DNA of 64,000 nt from a virus (IMGVR_UViG_3300023174_000064:1-64000); one strand, 5' to 3'; shown: positions 1 through 8,287, counted from the first letter of the stretch. Numbers and translations: made by a program. Notes: generated by a model from the sequence alone, not told the origin.

Positions 1-186
1 GATGAACTGTTGCATCACTCGCCACCACCGGGGAGGAAGCCCCTTCCCGGTGAGTCGGAGGGTGATGACGATGCCACCTACGACGACGACGAGTGGCACG
101 ATATGGAGGATGACCGTGACCCGAACAACATGAACCGGGCACACGATTACCTCGCTTCACTTGAGCGTCGTGGTTACTTTACTTGA
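1..186 (+). CDS. Partial (5'-truncated) acidic hypothetical protein
   Basis: Frame +1 open from base 1 to TGA 184-186: ...GESEGDDDATYDDDEWHDMEDDRDPNNMNRAHDYLASLERRGYFT*; GC-rich codon usage like neighbours. Confidence 0.6.
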   Translation, partial: DELLHHSPPPGRKPLPGESEGDDDATYDDDEWHDMEDDRDPNNMNRAHDYLASLERRGYFT

Positions 187-210
187 ACTTTTTTTGAAAG
201 GAGATTGCAC

Positions 211-465
211 ATGAATGCAACTACTACAACTCACTCGTTCACTTCACTCAAGCCCCGCCAGCAGGCGTTCGTTCGATTCCTTGTGGAGCAGGGTGTGAAT
301 CACCCCCTCATCAAGCGAGAGGACTTGCAGATTCACAGCGTGGCTTACGGCCTGGGTTCGCCCCCGGCGTGGATCGTCCGTGACGATTCCCGTCGCACCA
401 AGCGTGCCTATTACGAGATTCCTGAAATTGCGGACTGCATGAACTCCGCTTCAGGCACGGCCTGA
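211..465 (+). CDS. Small hypothetical protein, resembles N-terminal domain seen on T4-like phage MoxR/CobS-type AAA proteins
   Basis: AAGGAG at 198-203 before ATG 211; PPAWIVRDDSRRTKRAYYEIP motif; lies upstream of CobT-like vWA gene. Family link is recollection only. Confidence 0.55.
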   Translation: MNATTTTHSFTSLKPRQQAFVRFLVEQGVNHPLIKREDLQIHSVAYGLGSPPAWIVRDDSRRTKRAYYEIPEIADCMNSASGTA

Positions 466-534
466 CCCCCGTGGACACACTTCACATTTTCATCATGTTT
501 CTTCCTTGATTCGCAAGTGTGTCTCTCGTTTGTC

Positions 535-572
535 ACAGACTCCCGGTTCAGGCCGGGAGTCTGTTTCACTTT
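535..572 (+). terminator. Intrinsic terminator-like hairpin
   Basis: ACAGACTCCCGG-ttcagg-CCGGGAGTCTGT 12-bp stem followed by TTCACTTT. Confidence 0.7.
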
Positions 573-658
573 ATATTGAAATGTATAATATGAAATGTAC
601 ACTTCACATTTCAACCGTTTCAATAACGAAAAAAATCCAAATATCTTGGTCAAGTGGG

Positions 659-687
659 TTGACAGCCCCTGAAATGTGTGGTACAAT
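659..687 (+). promoter_or_regulatory. Sigma70-type early promoter (extended -10), likely leaderless transcript
   Basis: TTGACA 659-664, 17-bp spacer, TGn-TACAAT 682-687, ATG at 694 with no SD. Confidence 0.8.
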
Positions 688-693
688 ACCCTC

Positions 694-3000
694 ATGCTCA
701 ACAACAACAACAAGAACGAAGTGAAGGGCGCAATGCGCCACCAGTCGAACGAGTCTCGTTCGGTGTTCGCTCGCATCATGTCCACCGAAAACATTCAGGT
801 GAACTTTGATCCCAAGAGCAAGGACGCATGGTTCGACACCAAGACCCGCGTGCTGAATATGCCGAACTGGACTGGCATGACGCAGGAGGTGTACGACCTG
901 CTGCTTTCCCACGAGGTGAGCCACGCCCTGCACACCCCTGTCACCGGATGGATCGGCCTGACCGACGAACTGGCTGGCCCCAACGCCAGCGATGCTGACA
1001 AGCAGGTGGCCCAGCAGTACATCAACATTGTTGAGGACGCACGCATTGAGCGAATCATCAAGAGCAAGTACCCCGGCCTCGCTCGTGACTACCGCAAGGG
1101 TTACGACTGGCTGGTGAAGTCCGGTATGTTCGGCAAACTGGACAACGCGGCCATCAGCGAGATGGCGTTCATCGACCGCCTGAACCTGCACTTCAAGGTT
1201 GGTCAGCACACCGAACTCTCCGTGCCGTTCTCTGCCAGCGAGCAGCAGGTGGTGGATATGATTGCGGAAGCCGAATCGTTCGAGGATGTGATGAAGGCAA
1301 CCCGGCTCGTGTGGGATCACGAGAGCAGCACCGATGGCAAGCCGCAGCCCAAGACCGCGAAGGGCAACGGTAGTGGTGCAGGCAACGGTGACGGCAACGG
1401 CAAGCCGCAGGACGGTGACGGTGAACCGCAGGACGGTGAGGCTGATGGCGAAGGCAAGCCAACCAACCAGCCCAGCAAGCAGTTGAACCGGATCGCTCCC
1501 AAGACCACACAGGCCCAGCAGAAGTGGATGGAGAAGCACCGCGAGAAGACTCACTCTTGGCAACGCAACGATGATGCCCCGGTGCGGATGCCGGAGTTCG
1601 ATCTCGCACAGATCATCGTGCCTCACACGCAGATCAACGATCAGATCACCGAAGCCCTGAACTCTTGCACCAAGTGCAAGGACTGGCGGAACCTGATGAC
1701 TGCCGACTACAACACATTCGCGTCGGAAGCGAACGCCACGGTGGATGCAATGGTCAAGACCTTCCTCACCAAGAAGGCAGCCAACGCCCATCACCGTCAG
1801 CAGCAGGCCAAGTCGGGCACGCTGGATATGAACCTGCTGTCCACCTACAAGTGGAACGAGGACTTGTTCAAGCACTTCACCATCAAGCCGAACGGCAAGA
1901 ACCACGGGTTCGTGGTGTTCCTTGACTGGTCGGGTTCGATGGCTGGCGTGATTATGAATGTCGTGAAGCAGATGTACATTCTGACTTCGTTCTTCCGCCG
2001 CATCGGTGTGCCATACGAGGTGTACGCTTTCAGCAGCCACCAGCCAACCGACAAGTACGAAGGTGAGTACAACCACTACTACGGCACAGCGGCTGGCAAC
2101 GAGATGGCTGCCAAGTACGACACCATGCACAAGACCTTCATCACCAACGCGGCTGATGATGTGTGCGAGACTCGTCCGTTTTGGTTGTACCAGTTTGCCA
2201 GCAACACCATGAACACCACGCAGTACAAGACTGCGATGCACAACCTGTTCGCGTTGGGGTTCTACGCAGGCAACGAGGCGAGCCGCAAGAACAATTTGAG
2301 CGTGTACCATCCGGCCATGCCGCATTGGTTGGGCCTTGGTGACACTCCGCTGGATCAGGCTCTGATGGCTGCCAATCAGATCGTGAGCGAGTTCCAGCGT
2401 AAGTACCGTATTCAAATTATGAACACGGTGGTGATCACAGACGGCAGCACTTCCGGTTCACCGCTGCACGATGGCAAGAAGACTTCGGGTGGTAAGTACA
2501 TCACCCCGACCCGCTTGGTGAACAAGCGAACCGGATCGTCCTTCTCGCTGAACAACATCGTGACCACCAATGTGCTGGCCGCCTACCTGCAAGACAACAC
2601 GGGCAGCAACACCATCATGCTGTTTCTTGACCAAGCACAGACTGCCAGCAGCGTTCGTATCCCCGGCTATGCGACTGTTCACCCGAACGGCAAGCAGGAC
2701 GAGAGCCTGAACTCGCATTGGACGAACGAGAACTTCCTGCTGGGCCTGCCCACCCGTGGTTGCGAGTACGACCACAACGGCAACGCCATCCCCAGCAACC
2801 CGAAGGATGCCATCGGGTTCAAGCAGGTGTACGCGATTCGTATTCCTCGCAAGGAAGTGGATGACACCTTTGAGGATATGGACATCGGCAATACTGCGTA
2901 CAGCCGCCTGAAGAACCAGTTCGTGAAGTCTCTCCAGCGGAAGATCGTGAGCCGCAGCCTTGTGAACCGCATGGTGGAGGGCATGGCAAAGCATACATAA
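694..3000 (+). CDS. CobT-like protein: N-terminal HEXXH metallopeptidase-like domain + Gly/acidic linker + vWA (MIDAS) domain
   Basis: LLLSHEVSHALHTP, NIVEDARIER, VFLDWSGSM (DxSxS), GDTPL, VITDG; typical T4-like partner of a MoxR/CobS AAA ATPase; start moved to ATG 694 from promoter spacing. Confidence 0.85.
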   Translation: MLNNNNKNEVKGAMRHQSNESRSVFARIMSTENIQVNFDPKSKDAWFDTKTRVLNMPNWTGMTQEVYDLLLSHEVSHALHTPVTGWIGLTDELAGPNASDADKQVAQQYINIVEDARIERIIKSKYPGLARDYRKGYDWLVKSGMFGKLDNAAISEMAFIDRLNLHFKVGQHTELSVPFSASEQQVVDMIAEAESFEDVMKATRLVWDHESSTDGKPQPKTAKGNGSGAGNGDGNGKPQDGDGEPQDGEADGEGKPTNQPSKQLNRIAPKTTQAQQKWMEKHREKTHSWQRNDDAPVRMPEFDLAQIIVPHTQINDQITEALNSCTKCKDWRNLMTADYNTFASEANATVDAMVKTFLTKKAANAHHRQQQAKSGTLDMNLLSTYKWNEDLFKHFTIKPNGKNHGFVVFLDWSGSMAGVIMNVVKQMYILTSFFRRIGVPYEVYAFSSHQPTDKYEGEYNHYYGTAAGNEMAAKYDTMHKTFITNAADDVCETRPFWLYQFASNTMNTTQYKTAMHNLFALGFYAGNEASRKNNLSVYHPAMPHWLGLGDTPLDQALMAANQIVSEFQRKYRIQIMNTVVITDGSTSGSPLHDGKKTSGGKYITPTRLVNKRTGSSFSLNNIVTTNVLAAYLQDNTGSNTIMLFLDQAQTASSVRIPGYATVHPNGKQDESLNSHWTNENFLLGLPTRGCEYDHNGNAIPSNPKDAIGFKQVYAIRIPRKEVDDTFEDMDIGNTAYSRLKNQFVKSLQRKIVSRSLVNRMVEGMAKHT

Positions 3001-3015
3001 TATGGAGGGATTCAG

Positions 3016-3627
3016 ATGGGCAGACTGAAACCTGAAATAAAACAGTTCGTTGAGCAAGTGAGGACGGAACTCCATTCCTATGGGTTCCGTCTTTGCTTTG
3101 GTAGAGGCAGAACCGTGAACGGTGGTGGCTGGCGTTCAATGGGATTCTTCTGCGACCGGGAGCGAGTGGTCAAGGTGGCCCGTGGCCGTCCTGACTGGCT
3201 GGACATCCTGATCCACGAGTACGCTCACTTCCGCCAATGGGTGGAGCAGCCTGCTGGCGTGTACAACGCGGACGCGAGAGCCAGCATCGTGGTGGCCGAC
3301 TACCTGCACCGTGGCAAGACCCCGGAGCCTGCCGTGCTTCGCAGAGCGTTCACCCGTGTCATGGCGTTTGAACGGGACGCAGAGATGCGAGCCGTAGCCG
3401 TTGCGAAAGCCTGGAGCCTGCCTGTGGACTACGCCGCCTATGCCCGGTTTGCGAATCTTTACATTTATTCTCACCACCTGATGCGAGACACCGGACGCTG
3501 GCAAGCCACCGGTAACCCGTACCGGTCGTGGCGACTGGTGGACATGATGCCTGCCGACTTCAAGACTCGCAGCCACGAGTCCATCCCGGCTCCGGTGTAC
3601 GCTGCGCTTGCCCGGTTCTACCGCTGA
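3016..3627 (+). CDS. HEXXH zinc-metallopeptidase-like protein
   Basis: ILIHEYAHFRQW plus downstream FERDAE; GGAGG SD upstream. Confidence 0.7.
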   Translation: MGRLKPEIKQFVEQVRTELHSYGFRLCFGRGRTVNGGGWRSMGFFCDRERVVKVARGRPDWLDILIHEYAHFRQWVEQPAGVYNADARASIVVADYLHRGKTPEPAVLRRAFTRVMAFERDAEMRAVAVAKAWSLPVDYAAYARFANLYIYSHHLMRDTGRWQATGNPYRSWRLVDMMPADFKTRSHESIPAPVYAALARFYR

Positions 3628-3676
3628 CCGTCCGATAAGCGGAAAGTTGATAGTACAGGATTATCGGACATTCCAT

Positions 3677-3704
3677 TTGCTTGTCCGATAATACCGGGTA
3701 TACT
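3677..3704 (+). promoter_or_regulatory. Sigma70-type promoter overlapped by 11-bp inverted repeat
   Basis: TTGCTT 3677-3682, 16 bp, TATACT 3699-3704, ATG 3713; ATTATCGGACA (3660-3670)/TGTCCGATAAT (3682-3692). Confidence 0.55.
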
Positions 3705-3712
3705 GTCCTATA

Positions 3713-4156
3713 ATGCCTGTCAAGTACCACACACCACACAAGCGACACCGGATGACCTACTTCATCCGAAATGCCGTGGACTGTTGCCGAAAGGGAAACA
3801 ACAGGCAGGTGGCAATGCTGCTGGATGAAATATACTTGGAAAACTTATGGGCCTCCCAGAGAGGGCGGTGTGCGTACTCTCGCCGACCTATGTACTTGCC
3901 CACGGTTCCCACTTCTGGTGGTAGAAATGTACAGTTTGCCAAAGGCATCAACATGGCGTATGCCGCCAGCATTGACCGGATCGACTCTAATGAAGGGTAT
4001 ATTCCGGGGAATGTGCATTTTGTTTGCCGTTTCATCAATATGGGAAAGCAAGGATTGTCTGACGCACAGGTGCGCGAGTTTCTTGCGGATGTGGTTGCCA
4101 AGTGGAGTGTTCCGATGGACGACCTGATCGGACTGGAACCGAACCTTGAAAGTTGA
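3713..4156 (+). CDS. HNH-like (beta-beta-alpha-metal) homing-endonuclease-type protein
   Basis: QRGRCAYS...ASIDRIDSNEGYIPGNVHFVCRFINMGK, the SIDRID...GY..GNV..C...N..K signature. Confidence 0.75.
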   Translation: MPVKYHTPHKRHRMTYFIRNAVDCCRKGNNRQVAMLLDEIYLENLWASQRGRCAYSRRPMYLPTVPTSGGRNVQFAKGINMAYAASIDRIDSNEGYIPGNVHFVCRFINMGKQGLSDAQVREFLADVVAKWSVPMDDLIGLEPNLES

Positions 4157-4165
4157 TAGTATGAA

Positions 4166-4213
4166 AAGTTATAGGACATTCGTAATCAATAGGAAATTCG
4201 TAAGTTATAGGAC
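4166..4213. repeat. Left iteron-like cluster (reverse orientation) bracketed by AAGTTATAGGAC direct repeats
   Basis: ATTCGTAATCAATAGGAAATTCGTAA 4178-4203 is the reverse complement of the unit at 4583-4630; AAGTTATAGGAC at 4166-4177 and 4202-4213. Confidence 0.8.
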
Positions 4214-4227
4214 TGTCGTATAACTCG

Positions 4228-4235
4228 TATAAATA
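4228..4235 (+). promoter_or_regulatory. T4-type late promoter
   Basis: TATAAATA exactly, 5 nt before ATG 4241. Confidence 0.75.
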
Positions 4236-4240
4236 ATTGT

Positions 4241-4540
4241 ATGCCAAGTTATAATTATGAATGCGAAAAATGTCAAAAAGTTTGGGAAGAAGTTCACATG
4301 ATGAAAGACCGTGACCTTCCAACCACTCTGCCTTGCCCAAAGTGCAAAGCCAAAGAGTGTGTCAAGAAGTCGTGGTTGGGATGCACACCCGGTCTTGGTG
4401 CAGATCACACTCTAACCCCAGACAAAGCAACTGGTGGTCAATGGAGTGAACTGATGTCAAAGATCAAGCGCGGACAACCAAAGAGAATGCAGGGACGATA
4501 CGATCAGGGTAACAACGCTTCCGGACATCGGTGGCGGTAA
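4241..4540 (+). CDS. FmdB-family zinc-ribbon protein
   Basis: MPSYNYECEKC...PCPKC...GQWSELMSKIK, typical of T4-like phage FmdB-like proteins. Confidence 0.85.
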   Translation: MPSYNYECEKCQKVWEEVHMMKDRDLPTTLPCPKCKAKECVKKSWLGCTPGLGADHTLTPDKATGGQWSELMSKIKRGQPKRMQGRYDQGNNASGHRWR

Positions 4541-4563
4541 CCCGAACCTCGGAACCCGGAACC

Positions 4564-4709
4564 TTACAAATTTCGTAATTGATTACGAATTTCCTATTTG
4601 GTTACGAATTTCCTATTTGGTTACGAATTTTGTAAAAGAATAAGAACTTCCTATTTGTTAGGAAGTTCCTATCCAATTACGATTTTTATATTTGATTACG
4701 AATTTTGTA
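4564..4709. repeat. Right iteron-like array of TTACGAATTT-core repeats with palindromes
   Basis: TTACGAATTTCCTATTTGG at 4583-4601 and 4602-4620, partial at 4621, 4677, 4696, inverted copy 4564-4579; palindrome GAACTTCCTA-tttgt-TAGGAAGTTC 4644-4668. Confidence 0.85.
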
Positions 4710-5621
4710 TTAACTTATATCACCCATAATTCTCAGGTGATGTCTCTCTATATTTTCCAGGTATTTCTTTACCATTTCAAATTCATCTGGTTTTTTAGAA
4801 CCTTTACCGTGCTGCATCAATGCTGCTGACAATGCATTTTCGTGTGCGTGTGTTAATCGGTCAGCAACACTTGGAGGAGGCTCTTCGTTTGATGTACCTG
4901 CTGCTCTTTGTGCTTCTAGTTCCCTGTAATAGTCTGGAGTTTCTTCAGGAGTTTCTCTGGCGTGTCTTGGAATCTCAGTATTCTCTTTTAGTTTGTTGTA
5001 AAAGTACGAAGTTGTATTATAAGATTCGTTAATTGCATCATAATACGGATTGCCAGCTAGCATTTTGTGTCTATTCTCTAGTGAACGTCCAGTTGCGTAC
5101 CCACGTATACCTTGTTCCATATGTTTTCTGTACTCTTTCGGATCAACACCTTTAGGTGCAGGATACACATCAATTAAATCACTGGCTGCATCTGCTATAT
5201 CGTCGTATGAATTTTCTATTCTACCTTTTAATGTTTTACGCATTTGCTTTGTGGAATGACCGTGTTGTTTGTGAAGACCTGTTTCTTCCACCCAATCGTG
5301 TACTGCATTAGAAATTCTCTTTCCCATTTCTTCGCGCTCTGCTTCTAGATCTCGTGGACCACCTGGTTGTCCTGGTCTTGGATCGTCTGGTTGTGGATTG
5401 TATTGATAACCTGGATCTCTATTATAATATTCATTCATTTGACCAGCTTCTCGTTTGCCTTCTTCACGCATCTTGCGCTTGCCTGATCCAGACTTGGTGC
5501 CTTTGCTCCAACTCTTTGGGCGTTGCTTTTGTTTAGGACCACGACGAGCAAACTTGGCGGCTTCCATAAAGTTTTGGACAACGTTTTCTTTTACAACCTT
5601 TTTAATATTTTCCATATCCAT
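4710..5621 (-). CDS. Hypothetical late protein, probable head-internal protein
   Basis: Late promoter TATAAATA at 5653-5660 (minus) and AAGGA SD; segments delimited by VKE/FME/MNE/INE/LKE. Confidence 0.7.
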   Translation of the reverse strand: MDMENIKKVVKENVVQNFMEAAKFARRGPKQKQRPKSWSKGTKSGSGKRKMREEGKREAGQMNEYYNRDPGYQYNPQPDDPRPGQPGGPRDLEAEREEMGKRISNAVHDWVEETGLHKQHGHSTKQMRKTLKGRIENSYDDIADAASDLIDVYPAPKGVDPKEYRKHMEQGIRGYATGRSLENRHKMLAGNPYYDAINESYNTTSYFYNKLKENTEIPRHARETPEETPDYYRELEAQRAAGTSNEEPPPSVADRLTHAHENALSAALMQHGKGSKKPDEFEMVKKYLENIERHHLRIMGDIS

Positions 5622-5659
5622 TGTAGGGTTCCTTGCTATATAATCTTACCTGTATTTAT

Positions 5660-5694
5660 AAAAAAAGCAAGGGAGAGCGTGAACTCTCCCCTGC
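5660..5694 (-). terminator. Intrinsic terminator ending the small RNA
   Basis: GCAGGGGAGAG-ttcacg-CTCTCCCTTGC-TTTTTTT on minus strand. Confidence 0.85.
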
Positions 5695-5789
5695 CTCTAT
5701 GACGATCGAAAGGTAGCGAAGTTCCTTTTAAAGCATGAATGGCGTAGTTCGCGTGAAGGACTGTCTACGACCAACTCAGCCCGATCACC
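5660..5789 (-). ncRNA. Unassigned structured small RNA (~125 nt) with own late promoter and terminator
   Basis: ATAAATA 5792-5798 (minus); closing stem 5781-5789/5701-5709; long stem 5765-5780/5733-5747; loop GCGAA complementary to UUCGC; terminator 5660-5694; no ORF. Confidence 0.7.
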
Positions 5790-5817
5790 TTTATTTATGG
5801 AAAATATGATTTCTAAT

Positions 5818-5845
5818 TTGCATTTTTTTCTTTTGGGTGTATATT
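5818..5845 (+). promoter_or_regulatory. Sigma70-type promoter, leaderless
   Basis: TTGCAT 5818-5823, 16 bp, TATATT 5840-5845, ATG 5852 after 6 nt, no SD; poly-T tract in spacer. Confidence 0.6.
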
Positions 5846-5851
5846 AAACAT

Positions 5852-6424
5852 ATGATTCTTACTCCTACAATTACCATCGATAATAACAATCTCGCCTCTT
5901 TTAACAAGGAAATCAAGCAATTTGATCGCACTCCTGGTACTGTTACCAAGCACTGGGGTGATCGTGATCTGGACGGTCTGAGTATTGAAATGAAGCAGGT
6001 TCGTACACCACAAGGAAACGGTGTGCTGATTATGGCTACCGATAATAACGGTGATGTGGTGCTGACTGCACGTCTGATTACCGCACCTGTTCCACAAGGT
6101 GGATTCCAGTGGGGCCGCAAGGTGTACGTGGTTGATCGGATTCGTGTACACAACGATTACGTGGGTCAGGGTGTTGCTCCCGGTATGTACCGTTGGCTGT
6201 CGGATCGCGGGTATACCCTGATTTCAGACTCGCATCAAACGCCAGTTTCGCTGGCAGTGTGGCGTAAGTTGGGCACGGCTGGTGGTGTGTTCACTGTGAA
6301 CCTGACTGACGGTGTTTGGCGAGCGTATAATCCGTTAAATGTGGAAGATTGGGTGTTGTTTGGAAATAATGATGGAAGCCGTTACTGGCCGATCCGATTC
6401 TTGTTGCCTGCAACCACCAAGTAA
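5852..6424 (+). CDS. GNAT-fold acetyltransferase-like protein
   Basis: VDRIRVHNDYVGQGVAPGMY (V...Y.GQG.A acetyl-CoA motif A) and SDSHQTPVSLAVWRKL. Confidence 0.7.
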   Translation: MILTPTITIDNNNLASFNKEIKQFDRTPGTVTKHWGDRDLDGLSIEMKQVRTPQGNGVLIMATDNNGDVVLTARLITAPVPQGGFQWGRKVYVVDRIRVHNDYVGQGVAPGMYRWLSDRGYTLISDSHQTPVSLAVWRKLGTAGGVFTVNLTDGVWRAYNPLNVEDWVLFGNNDGSRYWPIRFLLPATTK

Positions 6425-6429
6425 AAAAT

Positions 6430-6455
6430 AAAACCCTCCTTCGGGAGGGTTTTTT
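6430..6455 (+). terminator. Intrinsic terminator with C(UUCG)G loop
   Basis: AAAACCCTCC-TTCG-GGAGGGTTTTTT. Confidence 0.9.
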
Positions 6456-6496
6456 ATAATATTTTTGTATGATAAATACCTTATAAGGATTATCAT

Positions 6497-8287
6497 ATGA
6501 GAATTAAACTATTAAACGAAGGTGTAGTAGACTCTGCAAGCCGAAGTGTAGAAGGCAAACCGTCTTACGGTTGGGGTGCTGCTGGTTTAGGTATGATACC
6601 AGATGCTATTGATCCGGTTCAAAGACTAATACAAGGCGGAAAAACATACGAAGATGGTATGTTTCGTTCTTATGATGCAATAGCCGGAAAACAATTTAAA
6701 GACGAACAAGGTAAAACGAGACAAGTTTCTCCCACTCAATCCGATCCTTATTTAAAACAAAAAGATCTGGCCACAGTTGCATTAACTGCAGGTGGTGCTG
6801 TTGAAGGTGTTGCCGATCTACTTGGAAAAAGCGAAAATTCAATAAGCAAATGGATTGCTCATCCTGCTTTAATAGGAGGTATTGGTGTTAAAGATGCATT
6901 TGAAACCGCTAATCAGTTAAGACAAGCAAAAGAATTATGGAATGCAGGAAAAACAACAGAAGCAAAACGTAAAGCGTTAGAAACAATAGAACCTGCCACT
7001 ATAAGTGCTGCTTCTTTGGCGGCACTTGGATCACATTATCTTCCTAGTATTATTCCAGCAACTCCTGCCACCACAGGTACATTTGCCAGAAGTTTGGGTG
7101 GTGCTGTTACAGGACTCACAAATAAATTGGATAAACTTGCCACAGAATACGAGAATGAAGGAATGGAAGGTGTTGAGAAGGCATTAGATACAATGGATTG
7201 GCATGATGCAACAGCCGCTGCATGGGGGGCTGCTGGTCCTGCCATGGATTGGGCTCTTCGAAAACAATTAACTGGAAAAATGGCATCCAAAGCACTACCT
7301 TTTGGAGTAGGAATGATTCCTTCTGCGTTATTTGCAGGAAAACAGTTAGGACATGGGATTATGGATGCATCAAGTGGTAACTTGGAACTTGCATTAAAAA
7401 GAGGAGCATTGGGTGTTGGTGAATTAGTATCAGGATTGGGTTATGCTACTGGAGGTGGAGCTGCTGCAGGAGCTGCTGCCGATGTAGGTATTGCTTTAAA
7501 ACAACAACAACTAGAAAAAGAAGAAGAAGAAATGGATGCTGAAGAATACAGAAAACAAGCGGAAAAAGATACAGAAGCAAGATTAAAACGAGCTGCTGAA
7601 CAACGTAAAGAAAGACTACAACCAGTTTTTGAACAATTCAGAGCAAGAGAACGAGAGAGAGAACGAGAAAAAGATAAAGGTGGAGAACGATTAAGTGATG
7701 CAGAACGTGCCGCTCGTGACGCTCCAGAAGTAAAACCAGAAAAACCAAAAGAACAAGAAACAGAAAAACCAAAAGAACAAGAAACAGAAAAACCAAAAGA
7801 AAAAGAAACAGAAAAAAAACCAGGATTTTGGAGTAGAATATTAAAAGGGCTTGGTATTGCAACTACTGGTGCTGTAGCCGGTGTTGTTGCTGGTGCTAAT
7901 GATGATGCTGATAAAACCGATAAAATTACACCATCAAAGTATTTTGATCCAACCAGAGAAGAAATTGCAGGTAATGAGACTTTAGTTGCTTCTGCAAAAA
8001 CACCACAATTTGATTGGTATAGAAATCAATGGTACACAATGCCAACCAGAATTATGAGTTCTACTATTATCAATGAAGGAAAACTAACTCCTAAAGAGTC
8101 TTTACAACGTAAGTTAAAGAAACAGCGGTATAAGGTTTCTTACGTTCAAGACGGTAAAAAAGTGGAAGTGTTTGCTTCTTCTATTCGTGGTGTTCGCCGA
8201 GTTGTGTATGGAAAGAAACAGTATAAAGTTCACAATTCAACTGGATCTGACGTGACCGGTTACTTTAAGAAACTGCTTGGTAGATAA
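6497..8287 (+). CDS. Ala/Gly-rich putative head-internal (ejected) protein with membrane-type helices
   Basis: ATAAATA 6472-6478 + AAGGA SD; MRIKLLNE start; Gly/Ala hydrophobic helices, KPKEQETE repeats, INE before basic C-terminal domain. Confidence 0.6.
   Translation: MRIKLLNEGVVDSASRSVEGKPSYGWGAAGLGMIPDAIDPVQRLIQGGKTYEDGMFRSYDAIAGKQFKDEQGKTRQVSPTQSDPYLKQKDLATVALTAGGAVEGVADLLGKSENSISKWIAHPALIGGIGVKDAFETANQLRQAKELWNAGKTTEAKRKALETIEPATISAASLAALGSHYLPSIIPATPATTGTFARSLGGAVTGLTNKLDKLATEYENEGMEGVEKALDTMDWHDATAAAWGAAGPAMDWALRKQLTGKMASKALPFGVGMIPSALFAGKQLGHGIMDASSGNLELALKRGALGVGELVSGLGYATGGGAAAGAAADVGIALKQQQLEKEEEEMDAEEYRKQAEKDTEARLKRAAEQRKERLQPVFEQFRAREREREREKDKGGERLSDAERAARDAPEVKPEKPKEQETEKPKEQETEKPKEKETEKKPGFWSRILKGLGIATTGAVAGVVAGANDDADKTDKITPSKYFDPTREEIAGNETLVASAKTPQFDWYRNQWYTMPTRIMSSTIINEGKLTPKESLQRKLKKQRYKVSYVQDGKKVEVFASSIRGVRRVVYGKKQYKVHNSTGSDVTGYFKKLLGR
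7739..7810 (+). repeat. In-frame 24-bp tandem repeat x3 (EKPKEQET)
   Basis: GAAAAACCAAAAGAACAAGAAACA units. Confidence 0.9.

Noticed and set aside
604-2415. 603-aa antisense ORF (and other minus-strand ORFs over 411-4408)
   Set aside because: Shadow of the GC3-biased sense genes; V/H/L-rich with no motifs or initiation signals
694-3000. Cobalamin biosynthesis gene cobT
   Set aside because: Domain architecture matches the phage peptidase-vWA partner of MoxR-type ATPases; no cobalamin pathway context, so no symbol assigned
4564-4709. Possible mini-CRISPR array, given a Cas4-like gene at 8604
   Set aside because: Units are contiguous 19-mers without unique spacers; the Cas4-like exonuclease is a normal T4-like core gene
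5660-5789. tRNA, or riboswitch attenuating 4710-5621
   Set aside because: No cloverleaf, T-loop or CCA; the downstream gene has its own TATAAATA after the terminator
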